A DNA stretch of 64,000 bases from a virus. Below the pieces are notes generated by a model. It searched no databases, was not told the DNA's origin, and saw only the letters and a list, made by a program, of their open reading frames with translations. The position numbers and the translations under genes are program-made. The DNA lies in the IMG/VR virus record IMGVR_UViG_3300036719_006047, positions 32,001 to 96,000 of that record, one strand, 5' to 3'. Of this stretch, positions 35,645-45,933 are shown in pieces. The first letter of the stretch is position 1. Each line of letters starts with the position of its first letter.

Positions 35645-35764
35645 GGCCCTCGCGGTGAGGGTAGGGCAGCGTAGCTCATGAAAGGCTTGACCATCGCCAT
35701 CTCCGTGGTTGGTCAGAAGCCCCTCCGAAGCCCTATCCGTTTGACCGTGAGCCCCGCGAGGGCC
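35645..35764 (+). ncRNA. candidate structured RNA 2 (120 nt)
   Basis: Perfect 11-bp closing stem GGCCCTCGCGG/CCGCGAGGGCC with nested stems. Confidence 0.6.
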
Positions 35765-35768
35765 TTTT

Positions 35769-35843
35769 GCCGACATAGCTCAGTGGTAGAGCAGGCGGCT
35801 GTTAACCGCCTTGTCGCAGGTTCGATCCCTGCTGTCGGCGCCA
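35769..35843 (+). tRNA. tRNA-Asn(GTT), CCA encoded
   Basis: GCCGACA/TGTCGGC; GGCGG-CTGTTAA-CCGCC. Confidence 0.96.
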
Positions 35844-35848
35844 CTTCA

Positions 35849-35922
35849 GGGGCGGTAGCTCAGTCGGTCAGAGCACCCGGCTCATACCCGGTATGTCGTG
35901 GGTTCGAGCCCCACCCGCCCTA
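35849..35922 (+). tRNA. tRNA-Met(CAT), probably elongator (Ile2 not excluded)
   Basis: CTCATAC loop; GGGGCGG/CCGCCCT. Confidence 0.88.
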
Positions 35923-35928
35923 CAGTTT

Positions 35929-36012
35929 GCGAGAATGGTGGAACCGGTAGACGCGCTGGATTTAAAATCTGGTGACCGCAAGGTCGTGCGGGTTCGAGCC
36001 CCGCTTCTCGCA
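35929..36012 (+). tRNA. tRNA-Leu(TAA)
   Basis: GCGAGAA/TTCTCGC; TTTAAAA loop; long variable arm. Confidence 0.93.
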
Positions 36013-36019
36013 CACATTC

Positions 36020-36092
<73 letters not shown>

Positions 36093-36119
36093 CACTTTAT
36101 TCGAGGCCAAGGAGGCCGC

Positions 36120-36638
36120 ATGATGTATGCAGGTATTGGGTCGCGGCACACCCCCGCAGAGATGTGCGCCTACATGGCGCAGCTCGCATCTTTCCTGGAG
36201 AGCAAGGGCCTCATCCTTCGCTCCGGCGGCGCTGCTGGCGCGGACCTTGCGTTCGAGGCCGGGGTCAAAGACCCCACAAAGAAGGTCGTTTACACGGCCC
36301 ACAGCCGTTTGTCTGCCGAGGACTGGAAGTACGGGTTCGATCACGTCTCGTGGTTCCACCCGGCTCCTGACAAGGTTCTCGGCAGCAAGTGGGGCCGAGT
36401 CATGGCGCGCAACACTTTCCAGGTGTTGGGCACTCCGTCCGAGCAAGCCGCAGGCCAGCCCCACAGCGCTTTTGTGGTCTGCTGGACGCCCGACGGGGCC
36501 GAGAAGGTCACCACCCGTGCTACCGGAGGCACGGGACAGGCGATCCGGATTGCCGCTCACTACGGTATTCCGGTGTTCAATCTCCGAGTTCACGATGCTG
36601 TCGATCGTCTCGACAGCTTTCTCGCCAGCCGTGCTTAG
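36120..36638 (+). CDS. SLOG/DprA-like nucleotide-binding protein
   Basis: YAGIGSR, LRSGGAAGAD, VVCWTPDG, GGTGQAIRIA. Confidence 0.8.
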   Translation: MMYAGIGSRHTPAEMCAYMAQLASFLESKGLILRSGGAAGADLAFEAGVKDPTKKVVYTAHSRLSAEDWKYGFDHVSWFHPAPDKVLGSKWGRVMARNTFQVLGTPSEQAAGQPHSAFVVCWTPDGAEKVTTRATGGTGQAIRIAAHYGIPVFNLRVHDAVDRLDSFLASRA

Positions 36639-36647
36639 GAGGCACCC

Positions 36648-36893
36648 ATGAAGTATCCCATGAAGTATGTCGAGTTGACGCATGTCTTGAGTCAGGACGG
36701 TACCAAGTTCTACCACCCGATGTTGGTCCCCGTCGGGCAGTTCTCGGTCGTGGGGCCGCCCCCGGAGCAGGGTGGTTGTCTGATCATCCTCAACGGCTCG
36801 AACACGGGCCTCGTGATCGACGAGCCTTACGAGAAGGTCTGCGAGATCATCTCCTCGCTCTGCGACGTCACCCGTCTGCCCGGCGAGGAGTGA
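36648..36893 (+). CDS. hypothetical protein
   Basis: GGAGG SD. Confidence 0.75.
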   Translation: MKYPMKYVELTHVLSQDGTKFYHPMLVPVGQFSVVGPPPEQGGCLIILNGSNTGLVIDEPYEKVCEIISSLCDVTRLPGEE

Positions 36894-36896
36894 GCT

Positions 36897-37256
36897 ATGG
36901 TCGAGAAATACTCGAAGATCATGCAGGACCCCGCCTGGATTGCCTTCGCCTCCATGGCGGAGCGATTCAACCAGGTCGCGCTTCGACTGGAAAGCGGCAA
37001 GCCCTCCTCGATGGAGGTGTTCTCGACGCACCTCAACGAGGCGGTCGCGCCGCTGAAGATGGTCACTCCCAGCCCGAAGGTCGCGGCCATCTTCAAGAAG
37101 GCCGCCAATCGGGCCGCCGCCCAGTTGACGCTGGCCGCCCAGACCTACGGCATGGGTCCGTTCGGGGCCCAGCATCACTGGTGTGGAGCGATGCGTGCCG
37201 ACTTGCAGCGCCTCGCAACCGACCTCTACTTGCAGCTCGCGGTCGAGATCGAGTAG
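36897..37256 (+). CDS. hypothetical protein
   Basis: 119 aa, 3 nt after the previous stop. Confidence 0.75.
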   Translation: MVEKYSKIMQDPAWIAFASMAERFNQVALRLESGKPSSMEVFSTHLNEAVAPLKMVTPSPKVAAIFKKAANRAAAQLTLAAQTYGMGPFGAQHHWCGAMRADLQRLATDLYLQLAVEIE

Positions 37257-37272
37257 AACATCGGTTTGTCTG

Positions 37273-37309
37273 ACCCCGGGGTTCGCAGCCCCGGGGTTTC
37301 GTCGTTTTT
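37273..37309 (+). terminator. intrinsic terminator
   Basis: ACCCCGGGG-loop-CCCCGGGGT followed by a T-rich run. Confidence 0.65.
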
Positions 37310-37333
37310 GCACTTACTTTCGGCGAGGTAGTT

Positions 37334-37780
37334 GTGATCTTTCTGTTTCTCGCGGCGGCTGCGGGCGGTCACGGTATCGAACCCAGCCGTGATGATATTT
37401 CGTTCGTCTCGGTCGAAGGCTACCCGGTGGCGAAAACAGATTGCCCGCTGGACTTGCTTTTAGCGGCTGAGTACGCGGCTGAAGTTCTCGGGGTTCCCGA
37501 GAGACTGGCATCGACTATCGCCATCCACGAGAGCCGTTGCGACGAAAAAGCTCTTGGGGCTTTGGGTGAGGTCGGAGTAATGCAGATTCGCCCTGAGTTG
37601 TGGTTGGGCGACTTGTGCCGGGCAGGCATTGCTTGCTCGGAGGCAGAGTTGTGGGACGCCACCACGAATGTCGAGGCTGGCGTCTGGATACTTTCTCGCT
37701 TCCCGGGGTCTGCGTGGTCCCGTGCGAAGCGCTACAACGGCTCGGCGGCTTACGCCGATGCGATCAGGAGAAAGATGTGA
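37334..37780 (+). CDS. lytic transglycosylase (SLT domain) with N-terminal hydrophobic segment
   Basis: IAIHESRC, GEVGVMQI, NVEAGVWIL, YNGS. Confidence 0.85.
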   Translation: MIFLFLAAAAGGHGIEPSRDDISFVSVEGYPVAKTDCPLDLLLAAEYAAEVLGVPERLASTIAIHESRCDEKALGALGEVGVMQIRPELWLGDLCRAGIACSEAELWDATTNVEAGVWILSRFPGSAWSRAKRYNGSAAYADAIRRKM

Positions 37781-38238
37781 AGAGAAGGAAACATGTAGAC
37801 CACGCTGTCCGTGGTTTCGTGGTGGGGAAAGACCGCAGCATGACTGACACAGAGCTGATGTCTTGCTTGACACAGTGCAGCCTCACCGAAGCTGTCTTCT
37901 TCTTCGAGGGGGGCGGCGACTCAGGTGACCTGTCGTCGGAAAACTACTTCTGTGACAATGGAGAAGTTTCGATCGAAGGGCTCTTTGTCGACATTCCCAA
38001 GGTAGATGTGCGGCCTTTGTACGGTCGCGACTTCACGCCTACCGAGGTCATCGTGTCGCTGCGGCAGAGCGCGATCGACGCCTTGAGCAGCATCGCGTGG
38101 GGGAAGGCCGACTCAGTGCCGTTCGACTGGGTCAACAACGAGGGGGGCTGGGTACGCGTCACCTTCTCAGTCGAGAACGGTACGCTTATCGACTGTGGAG
38201 AGAATGAAGTCGAGTATTCTGATGAGGAGGAAGAGTGA
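37777..38238 (+). CDS. hypothetical acidic protein
   Basis: GTGA overlap (alternative ATG at 37840); FEGGGDSG motif. Confidence 0.7.
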   Translation: MKRRKHVDHAVRGFVVGKDRSMTDTELMSCLTQCSLTEAVFFFEGGGDSGDLSSENYFCDNGEVSIEGLFVDIPKVDVRPLYGRDFTPTEVIVSLRQSAIDALSSIAWGKADSVPFDWVNNEGGWVRVTFSVENGTLIDCGENEVEYSDEEEE

Positions 38239-38456
38239 ACTACCTGTTGTCTCTCCCGGCATTGCCGAGTTGGGTTCAATTCTACTGCGTGGGCGTCATT
38301 ATCACTGGGCGCCACACGGCGGTGAGGCGGGTGCTGAACAACCTGTCTCCCGCAGATCGTCGGGTCGTGCTCGCAGTCATCGAAGACTGCGTGAAACGTG
38401 ATCTCAACAAGGTTCCCTGTGTCGAGGGAGACTTCTTGCCTGCGGAGTGCAACTGA
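38235..38456 (+). CDS. small hypothetical membrane protein
   Basis: Overlap-coupled at both ends. Confidence 0.6.
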   Translation: MNYLLSLPALPSWVQFYCVGVIITGRHTAVRRVLNNLSPADRRVVLAVIEDCVKRDLNKVPCVEGDFLPAECN

Positions 38457-40639
38457 TGAAACAGATTGTCGAGAGAGGCGATGTGGAGCTCCTCGCCGGC
38501 GGTGTCGCGGCTGTGGGAGCCTACAAGATTTCTGACCGAGAGGAGGATGTTGCTCTGCTGTCGGTCCTCTTGCGGCAGAAGCTTTACCTTGACCCCACGT
38601 GGGCCGCTGTCCGGGAGGTCGTCAGCAACGCGATCGACGCGCACGAAGCTGTCGGTCAGACGAAGAAAGTCAACATCCACTTCCCGACTTCGATGGACCC
38701 GACGTTCCGCGTGCGGGACTACGGGCCTGGTCTGTCGGAAGAAGATGTTCTCGGGCTGTACTTGACGTTCGGGTCCAGCACGAAGCGCAATTCCGATTCC
38801 CAGATCGGCGGCCTTGGCCTCGGCTGCAAAGCTCCGCTCGCTTACGCGGAGAGCATGTCTGTCGAAAGCCACCACGGCGGCGTCAAGAAGACCTACATGT
38901 TTTTCCGTGATCTGGGTGCGGCCGGCCAAGCCCACAAGGTCGCGGAGGAGCCCACGACAGAGACTGGCATCGAGGTCTCTTTTGCCGTCAAGCTCGCGGA
39001 CACGCATCTGTTGCAGACTTACGCCGCCAGGATGTTCCTGTGGCACGACCAGCTTCAGAGTAACGTGGAGATTCCCTCAGTGCCGGAGTCTTCGCGTAGA
39101 GGGGATTACATCGTGTTGCCGAATGACATGCTGCGCAGCACAGGCAGCTCGCTGCACGTTGCAATGGGCGGCATCATCTACCCGCTGCTGAGCGACAAGC
39201 TGATGGGCGGCTACGATTCGACTGAAGACGAGAGGGCCAAGTTAGAGCGAGTGCTCCGATTCTTGAATCACTTCAATCAGAAGTTGGTTCTTCTGCGGTC
39301 GGTGGGGTTTTGCCCAGTCTCTCCTTCTCGGGAGAACTTGGAGTACACCAAGAAGAGCACCATTGCGCTGCTCCGCTCGCTGGTAGAGTCCACGTCCGGC
39401 ATCTACGCCAAGACGCGAAAAGACTTCGTAAGCATGCCGTTTTGGCAGCAGCTCGCGATAAGTTATTTGTGCGGCAACAACCGCTCTTATGACGGAATGG
39501 GAACGCTCTCGTACATCCAGATGACGCACAAGGCGTCGTATCTCTTGGTCGACCCACAGCTCAGAATTGAGCTCAACGACAAGAAAAACGAACTTGTCCA
39601 GCTACTGGAAGCGTCGCTGAAGAAGCACAAGCTCACGCTGAAAGTTCTCGATTGGGAGAAGAAAGCCAAAGCTGTACCAGCGGAACGGATCTTCGTGGGT
39701 CCTTCTCGTCATCGTTCAGCGAGAAACCTGTTGAATGACGAGCCACCCACGCTCGTGTTGTGCGACAAACGCAACTACATTGAGCGCGGGTTCGGTCCGG
39801 GTTCCCTTCTTGTGGTTGCCAGCTCAGGGACTATCGCTGACACGGCGAAGGTTTTGGCTCTTTTCGCAGCGGAGCTGTCAGCTAAGCTCAAAGAGTTTGA
39901 GTTTCCTGCGTTTGAGTTTGTATACTGCTCGTCGCAGAAGCCTCCCGATAGGCAGAGATCGGCCACCAAGGCTCTGCGCCGCAAAAAGGGTTTTGTGTAC
40001 TACTGCAACACCATGAAGCTCTTTCGCGACGAGAACTACAAGGACTGCGACCGGTACGTGGCCGAGGACGACGACACCATCCCTTACGTGGTGGTGAACG
40101 AAACAACCGGAAAGTCTTACACAGGGGGCCTTCCTTCTGTCGAAGCGCTCGGATCTGTCATGCGGGCAGTGAATGAACCTTTTCCTGAAGTAGTGCGTGT
40201 ATTCTTCTCGGCCGAGACTCCCACGGGTCTGTCCTTGTTCGAGTTGTACAACAGGATGGGGGCAAAAGCCATTGCGAACAACTGGGATTTAGTTGTCAGG
40301 GAGGTGAAGCGCGTCGCCTACACGCCTACCACCAGAGACTTTGACGTTGTTGAATGTGTCAGTAAAGCATGTGGTTTGCCTCCTGACATGGAAGCTGTTG
40401 CGAACAACTACACCATTCCCCGATTGACTGGATCCATGAGCAGCGTCATGATCCAGCTTGACTACCACTCAAAGTGGATCACGCCTGATATGCACAAGGA
40501 ACTTGAGGCTGTCCGCGCGGAAGCAAGAAAGGCCATTGAGGCCATGCACAACAAGTACGCTTTGCTGTTTTTGGGTTTTTCCCACCATGATTCCAAGTCT
40601 GATCTGGAAAGTTACATCTCCCACCGCAACGAGGTCTGA
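38456..40639 (+). CDS. rIIA: rIIA-like protein (GHKL ATPase N-terminus)
   Basis: REVVSNAIDAH, RDYGPGL, GSSTKR..IGGLGLGCKAP; adjacent to rIIB. Confidence 0.85.
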   Translation: MKQIVERGDVELLAGGVAAVGAYKISDREEDVALLSVLLRQKLYLDPTWAAVREVVSNAIDAHEAVGQTKKVNIHFPTSMDPTFRVRDYGPGLSEEDVLGLYLTFGSSTKRNSDSQIGGLGLGCKAPLAYAESMSVESHHGGVKKTYMFFRDLGAAGQAHKVAEEPTTETGIEVSFAVKLADTHLLQTYAARMFLWHDQLQSNVEIPSVPESSRRGDYIVLPNDMLRSTGSSLHVAMGGIIYPLLSDKLMGGYDSTEDERAKLERVLRFLNHFNQKLVLLRSVGFCPVSPSRENLEYTKKSTIALLRSLVESTSGIYAKTRKDFVSMPFWQQLAISYLCGNNRSYDGMGTLSYIQMTHKASYLLVDPQLRIELNDKKNELVQLLEASLKKHKLTLKVLDWEKKAKAVPAERIFVGPSRHRSARNLLNDEPPTLVLCDKRNYIERGFGPGSLLVVASSGTIADTAKVLALFAAELSAKLKEFEFPAFEFVYCSSQKPPDRQRSATKALRRKKGFVYYCNTMKLFRDENYKDCDRYVAEDDDTIPYVVVNETTGKSYTGGLPSVEALGSVMRAVNEPFPEVVRVFFSAETPTGLSLFELYNRMGAKAIANNWDLVVREVKRVAYTPTTRDFDVVECVSKACGLPPDMEAVANNYTIPRLTGSMSSVMIQLDYHSKWITPDMHKELEAVRAEARKAIEAMHNKYALLFLGFSHHDSKSDLESYISHRNEV

Positions 40640-40640
40640 C

Positions 40641-41726
<1,086 letters not shown>

Positions 41727-41769
41727 CCAGTGGGGGCTCCTTCGCCCTACGCAGACCGAGAGGATTACA

Positions 41770-42270
41770 ATGAATACCATCCTGTGCGTAGCCATGCATG
41801 TGCAGGAAGGACGCTTGCGTGGGCTCGGGGGAGCCCTCCTGGCTCGCCTTCCCGCTGGTTCTTGGGCTGTCATCGACGACGCCCTCTGGGAACACCCTGA
41901 GGGCATCAACTTTGCCGATGCGTGGCTTCTCTTTCTCGAATGGGCCCGCGGCCTGTCCCGAGGCGATAAGCCTGTGCTTGCTGTGTGGGGGCGTCAAACC
42001 CTCACACAGCTTCGGCGGAACTGCTACGAGTTTGAGCTTAGCTTCCCTTGGACAGATGACTTCGTGTACGACGTAAGGGAGGCAGTTTCTTGCCAGTACC
42101 CTGCCCTCGAACTCAACCAGATTCGCGTAGAGGCGGTCTGTCGAGACTTCGGTGTGGGGAATGGCGTCTACAACGTCCTTCTCGATGCTCGCGACCGCGC
42201 AAACGCTTTGGCGGGTGTCGCGAAGATGCTTCAGAATCACCGCTTGTTGGCCGCAGAAGCGGCAAAGTGA
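41770..42270 (+). CDS. hypothetical protein
   Basis: GAGG SD; 166 aa. Confidence 0.75.
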   Translation: MNTILCVAMHVQEGRLRGLGGALLARLPAGSWAVIDDALWEHPEGINFADAWLLFLEWARGLSRGDKPVLAVWGRQTLTQLRRNCYEFELSFPWTDDFVYDVREAVSCQYPALELNQIRVEAVCRDFGVGNGVYNVLLDARDRANALAGVAKMLQNHRLLAAEAAK

Positions 42271-42277
42271 GGCTCGT

Positions 42278-42676
42278 TTGAGCAAAGTTTTCGTGTGTCC
42301 CCACTGCGACGTGGAAGTTTCCCGGAAGAATGTTGATGTCCCGTATCGTGTTAACGCTCTGCCTGACGTGATCATCGTCGGCGCGAAGTTGGCTCAGTGC
42401 CCGGGATGCCAGGAATACTACTTTTGCGATCCAGCCCACTACCGCTACATGACGCAGTGCATTGCACGCTCGATCGCGCTTCGCCCCGGCCGGCTGACCG
42501 ACAGCGAAAAGTTGTTGCTCTTGCTGCGCTTCAAGAATCGTGTCGCGCCCGAGATGGCGCATATGTCAGAAGGTGCCGAAGCCAAGTACCGTGCGCTTCT
42601 GGCGGCAGTGCCTGTGACTGAGATCATGGCTGTCATGGCCATGCCACGCTGCAAAACTTTCACCATCACTCTGTAG
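42278..42676 (+). CDS. YgiT/MqsA-type zinc-finger protein
   Basis: TTG start with GAGG; CPHC...VPY..DVII...CPGCQEYY. Confidence 0.65.
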   Translation: MSKVFVCPHCDVEVSRKNVDVPYRVNALPDVIIVGAKLAQCPGCQEYYFCDPAHYRYMTQCIARSIALRPGRLTDSEKLLLLLRFKNRVAPEMAHMSEGAEAKYRALLAAVPVTEIMAVMAMPRCKTFTITL

Positions 42677-42684
42677 GAGACGCC

Positions 42685-43146
42685 ATGAAGAAGAAAGACG
42701 CGGAAGCTGTGTTTCGTGGGCTCGCCGAGGAAGTCCGCCGGCGCAAGAATGAAGGGGAAAGCATCCCCCACATCTTCTTCCTGCTGGTTCCTGGCGTGCA
42801 GCCACTGATGATCGATGTGTCTGAGTTGCTGCGACTGCAGCCGGATCTGACGAAAGACGAGGTGGCTCAGTTCGTCAAGCTCGCGAGCTTGAACACGGGT
42901 GCTCGCTACGTCATTCAGATGACGGAAGCGTGGTGCCTCACGACGCACCAACACCCTGGCGACATCGAGATCTCGAAGCACCCCGACCGCCAGGAGATCA
43001 TCATGCTCACGGTCGACGGCGTCGACTACAACAGCACCATCATGATGGCCATCGAGAACGACCGCGTAGTCGGCGAGAACAAGGAAGTTGTCGGCACCTT
43101 CGACGGGCGCTTCTCCAACATGTCCGGCAACGTGGGGATCAACTGA
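42685..43146 (+). CDS. hypothetical protein
   Basis: GGAG SD; 153 aa. Confidence 0.8.
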   Translation: MKKKDAEAVFRGLAEEVRRRKNEGESIPHIFFLLVPGVQPLMIDVSELLRLQPDLTKDEVAQFVKLASLNTGARYVIQMTEAWCLTTHQHPGDIEISKHPDRQEIIMLTVDGVDYNSTIMMAIENDRVVGENKEVVGTFDGRFSNMSGNVGIN

Positions 43147-43706
43147 TGCAGATCACGTTTCATCAAGCCGACATGCTCGAACTCGGCAAGAACGAAGCGG
43201 CCAAGGGCAAAATCACTGTCGTGCACGCGTTCTCGAGCGAGGACCAGTACCGCGGTAGCGGTCAGCTCGGACACCTGCTGCGAAACACCAGCCTCAAGAA
43301 CCGTTCGCCTCCCGACGGCATCTACCCCATCGGCGAAAAAGAGGTGAAGACCTACTGCTTGTCAGCCTCCCACGACCAGTCGGGGACAGAGATGTTCTTC
43401 GTGTTCTCGCCGTGCGTGAAGTGGGGTGTGTCGAAGATGACCTACGATGAGAAAGTCGAGGTCATGGAAGCGAGGGCTTCGGCTGTTCGGGCAGCGGCGA
43501 TGAGCCTGAACGCAGAGACGCTTGTGTTGGGCGCTTGGGGCTGCGGCATCTACGGTGTGCCTGACCGTGTGTCTGCTCAAGTCCAGTTCGACAAGATCCT
43601 GACGGGAGGTGGTTTCAAGTCCGTCCTGTTCGGCTTCACTGACCGCAGACAGCGCCTCGCGTTCGAGCTGGAGCGCAATGCCTGGCAGAAGAAGTCTCAA
43701 GCATGA
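43146..43706 (+). CDS. macro-like protein (DUF2263/bacterial PARG-type C-terminus)
   Basis: TGATG coupling; LVLGAWGCGIYG motif. Confidence 0.65.
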   Translation: MQITFHQADMLELGKNEAAKGKITVVHAFSSEDQYRGSGQLGHLLRNTSLKNRSPPDGIYPIGEKEVKTYCLSASHDQSGTEMFFVFSPCVKWGVSKMTYDEKVEVMEARASAVRAAAMSLNAETLVLGAWGCGIYGVPDRVSAQVQFDKILTGGGFKSVLFGFTDRRQRLAFELERNAWQKKSQA

Positions 43707-44005
43707 AAGAAGCTGATTACACATCTGCGTTGATCGCGATGACTGCTTGTTTCGTCATTGCAAGCCTTGTGCTGCGGCGAGTTCAGGCCAAGGCGAAGGA
43801 CACAGAACTAACGCAAATGATCGACTCTGCGGCTGAAGTAGTCATGCTTTCGATGTACTTCGCAGGAACTGTTGTGGTGGCTGTCGTTGCGAGCGAAGTC
43901 TTGCCGCAATGGGCCACCCTTCCTGTGGTAGAGCTGTGGATGTGGTTGTATGTCTATCCAGTGATCGCCTTGACGAAAGCTATTTTGCGAGTTCACAAGC
44001 CATGA
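43703..44005 (+). CDS. membrane protein (about 3 TM)
   Basis: Hydrophobic segments; ATGA coupling. Confidence 0.7.
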   Translation: MKEADYTSALIAMTACFVIASLVLRRVQAKAKDTELTQMIDSAAEVVMLSMYFAGTVVVAVVASEVLPQWATLPVVELWMWLYVYPVIALTKAILRVHKP

Positions 44006-44244
44006 CGCCCCTGTCCGTATTCGTAATCTGCTTTATAGTCCTGCGAAACGTGAAGAACAGTTCGCAGGCAACAGGCTACGCAAAGATGATCAACTACGTC
44101 GTTGGCGTTCAGGCCGTCAACACAGTATACGTCATCGTGTCTCGTGTTGTCGGCCATAAGCCAACGGTCGCAGAAGTGATTGCATTGAGCTTGCCTTTCC
44201 TGTACGTGGCCAAGCTCGAACTCGAAATCAAGAAGGAGAAGTGA
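44002..44244 (+). CDS. small membrane protein
   Basis: ATGA coupling; hydrophobic. Confidence 0.65.
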   Translation: MTPLSVFVICFIVLRNVKNSSQATGYAKMINYVVGVQAVNTVYVIVSRVVGHKPTVAEVIALSLPFLYVAKLELEIKKEK

Positions 44245-44573
44245 ACATGACCCCTCTGGACCTCGAGCGGCTTGCCGTTCGCATCGAATCCCTCGTCAAC
44301 ACTTCCACAAACGGCTGGTCGGCAAGTGAAGCGTTCGATATGCTTCGCCTTCTGCCGGACCCTTCTGACGCAGAAGGTCGTGTCCGACTGCCGCAGACGA
44401 AGCGTCTTCGTGAAGCAGCAAAAAGGCAGGCTCCTTTCCCGACTCCGGTCGACTACCAGAGATGGCTTCGAGCCTGCATGGATCTCGAGCATCATGTGTC
44501 GCGCAACCGCCCCGGCAGTCCGACCCGCATGATGCGGGAAGCCATGCGCGGTCGCTTCCCCCTCACTAGGTAG
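44241..44573 (+). CDS. hypothetical protein
   Basis: GTGA coupling. Confidence 0.65.
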   Translation: MNMTPLDLERLAVRIESLVNTSTNGWSASEAFDMLRLLPDPSDAEGRVRLPQTKRLREAAKRQAPFPTPVDYQRWLRACMDLEHHVSRNRPGSPTRMMREAMRGRFPLTR

Positions 44574-44589
44574 GAAACAGGAATACACA

Positions 44590-45126
44590 ATGCCGAACGC
44601 AACGACATCTCAGTCTTCGCATCTTTCCCGCCTTCTTCGAGAGGCGGCCGATACCATCGACACTCTGGCGGCGAATCGATCGCAGGAAGTAGAACTCAAG
44701 AAGATTTACGAGCTGCTCGAATGGTCCGGATTCCCTGTTCAGGCCGACGTAGACAAGGCGACAGAGGACGACTTCGTTCGCTCAGTTCGGGCTCTGGCGA
44801 GAAGCAGAGAGAGCATCAGTCACGATTACGAAGCCCTGAAGCTCGAACTCGCCAAACTCCGCGAGACCATCGACCTGGCCAGCCGAACGCTGACTGCTTA
44901 CGGATTCGGTGAATGCCAGCGCACGGCCCCCAGCGTGAATCACCTCGCCGATGCCATCTCCTCCATGCGAATGGCACACTTGACCACCATTCAAGGCCAA
45001 GAGAGAAGGATCGCAGAGCACCGCAATCGGGCTGACACGAACCAAGACCGGGCGCGCGATCTCGAAAAAGAAGTCGAAAGGATGAAGGCTGGGCTGCGAA
45101 ATCTCATCACGGACAACAACAAGTAA
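44590..45126 (+). CDS. hypothetical coiled-coil protein
   Basis: 178 aa; heptad-like segments. Confidence 0.75.
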   Translation: MPNATTSQSSHLSRLLREAADTIDTLAANRSQEVELKKIYELLEWSGFPVQADVDKATEDDFVRSVRALARSRESISHDYEALKLELAKLRETIDLASRTLTAYGFGECQRTAPSVNHLADAISSMRMAHLTTIQGQERRIAEHRNRADTNQDRARDLEKEVERMKAGLRNLITDNNK

Positions 45127-45136
45127 GGGTGCCAAC

Positions 45137-45334
45137 ATGGAAGTAGCTGTCGCTGTCATCGTCGTTTGCTTTGTGCTCTACGTCTTGTTGGATCTGTACT
45201 CGCACTTCTCCAATCGCGCAGAAGAGGAGCGCCGCCAGAGACAGGCGCAGGAGCTGATCAACGAGGCGAAACTCAGACTCGAAGAAGCAGAACGCAACAC
45301 CAGAGAAGTGCTGGACCTGTACAACAAGAAGTAG
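45137..45334 (+). CDS. small protein, N-terminal TM plus coiled coil
   Basis: VAVAVIVVCFVLYVLL then E/R/Q-rich helix. Confidence 0.7.
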   Translation: MEVAVAVIVVCFVLYVLLDLYSHFSNRAEEERRQRQAQELINEAKLRLEEAERNTREVLDLYNKK

Positions 45335-45531
45335 CGCAACAAACATAACGACAGTTTTGCGACCCGCATTGCGACATCTCTTTGAGTATTCGAGGTATGA
45401 CGTGTGCGAAGTATATCAGTCGCGGAATTGAAGGCTGCCCACAAAGCTCTTGCGGATCGGCTGCAAGAAGGTGTCTACGATTACGGCTTTTTGCGCAAGT
45501 AAGCAACAACAAAACCACGAAGGACGAAGAA

Positions 45532-45813
45532 ATGAAGAACAGAATCATCAGCATCGGACTTGCGTTTGTGCTTTCCTGCACCGGCGAGAACCCTGAGTAC
45601 GACTTGGGGTTTGAGCAGGGCTGTGAGAGCGGCCGGTATGACGCGTACAACTGCTACGCGAAGAACCCGCGGATCGACGGCCTCGAAAAGGAGGAGAGCG
45701 AATACGCTGAAGGGTTTTACGAAGGGTATGTCGACTGCTACGACGCTGCTGTGCTGCTGTCGAGCTGCAATGACTGGCAGACGAACAACGCCTGCAACGC
45801 CTGCGCAGAATAG
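45532..45813 (+). CDS. putative lipoprotein
   Basis: MKNRIISIGLAFVLS-C, lipobox-like. Confidence 0.6.
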   Translation: MKNRIISIGLAFVLSCTGENPEYDLGFEQGCESGRYDAYNCYAKNPRIDGLEKEESEYAEGFYEGYVDCYDAAVLLSSCNDWQTNNACNACAE

Positions 45814-45933
45814 ACCTTCACCAAGAACGCGACAGAGGAAGAGCTTTTCAGTTACCTTTCTGCTTTCTGGAGCACGCGGGGCGGCAAACTCATGCAGTCT
45901 CGCTTTATCGACAGCTAACACAAGAGGTGATTT

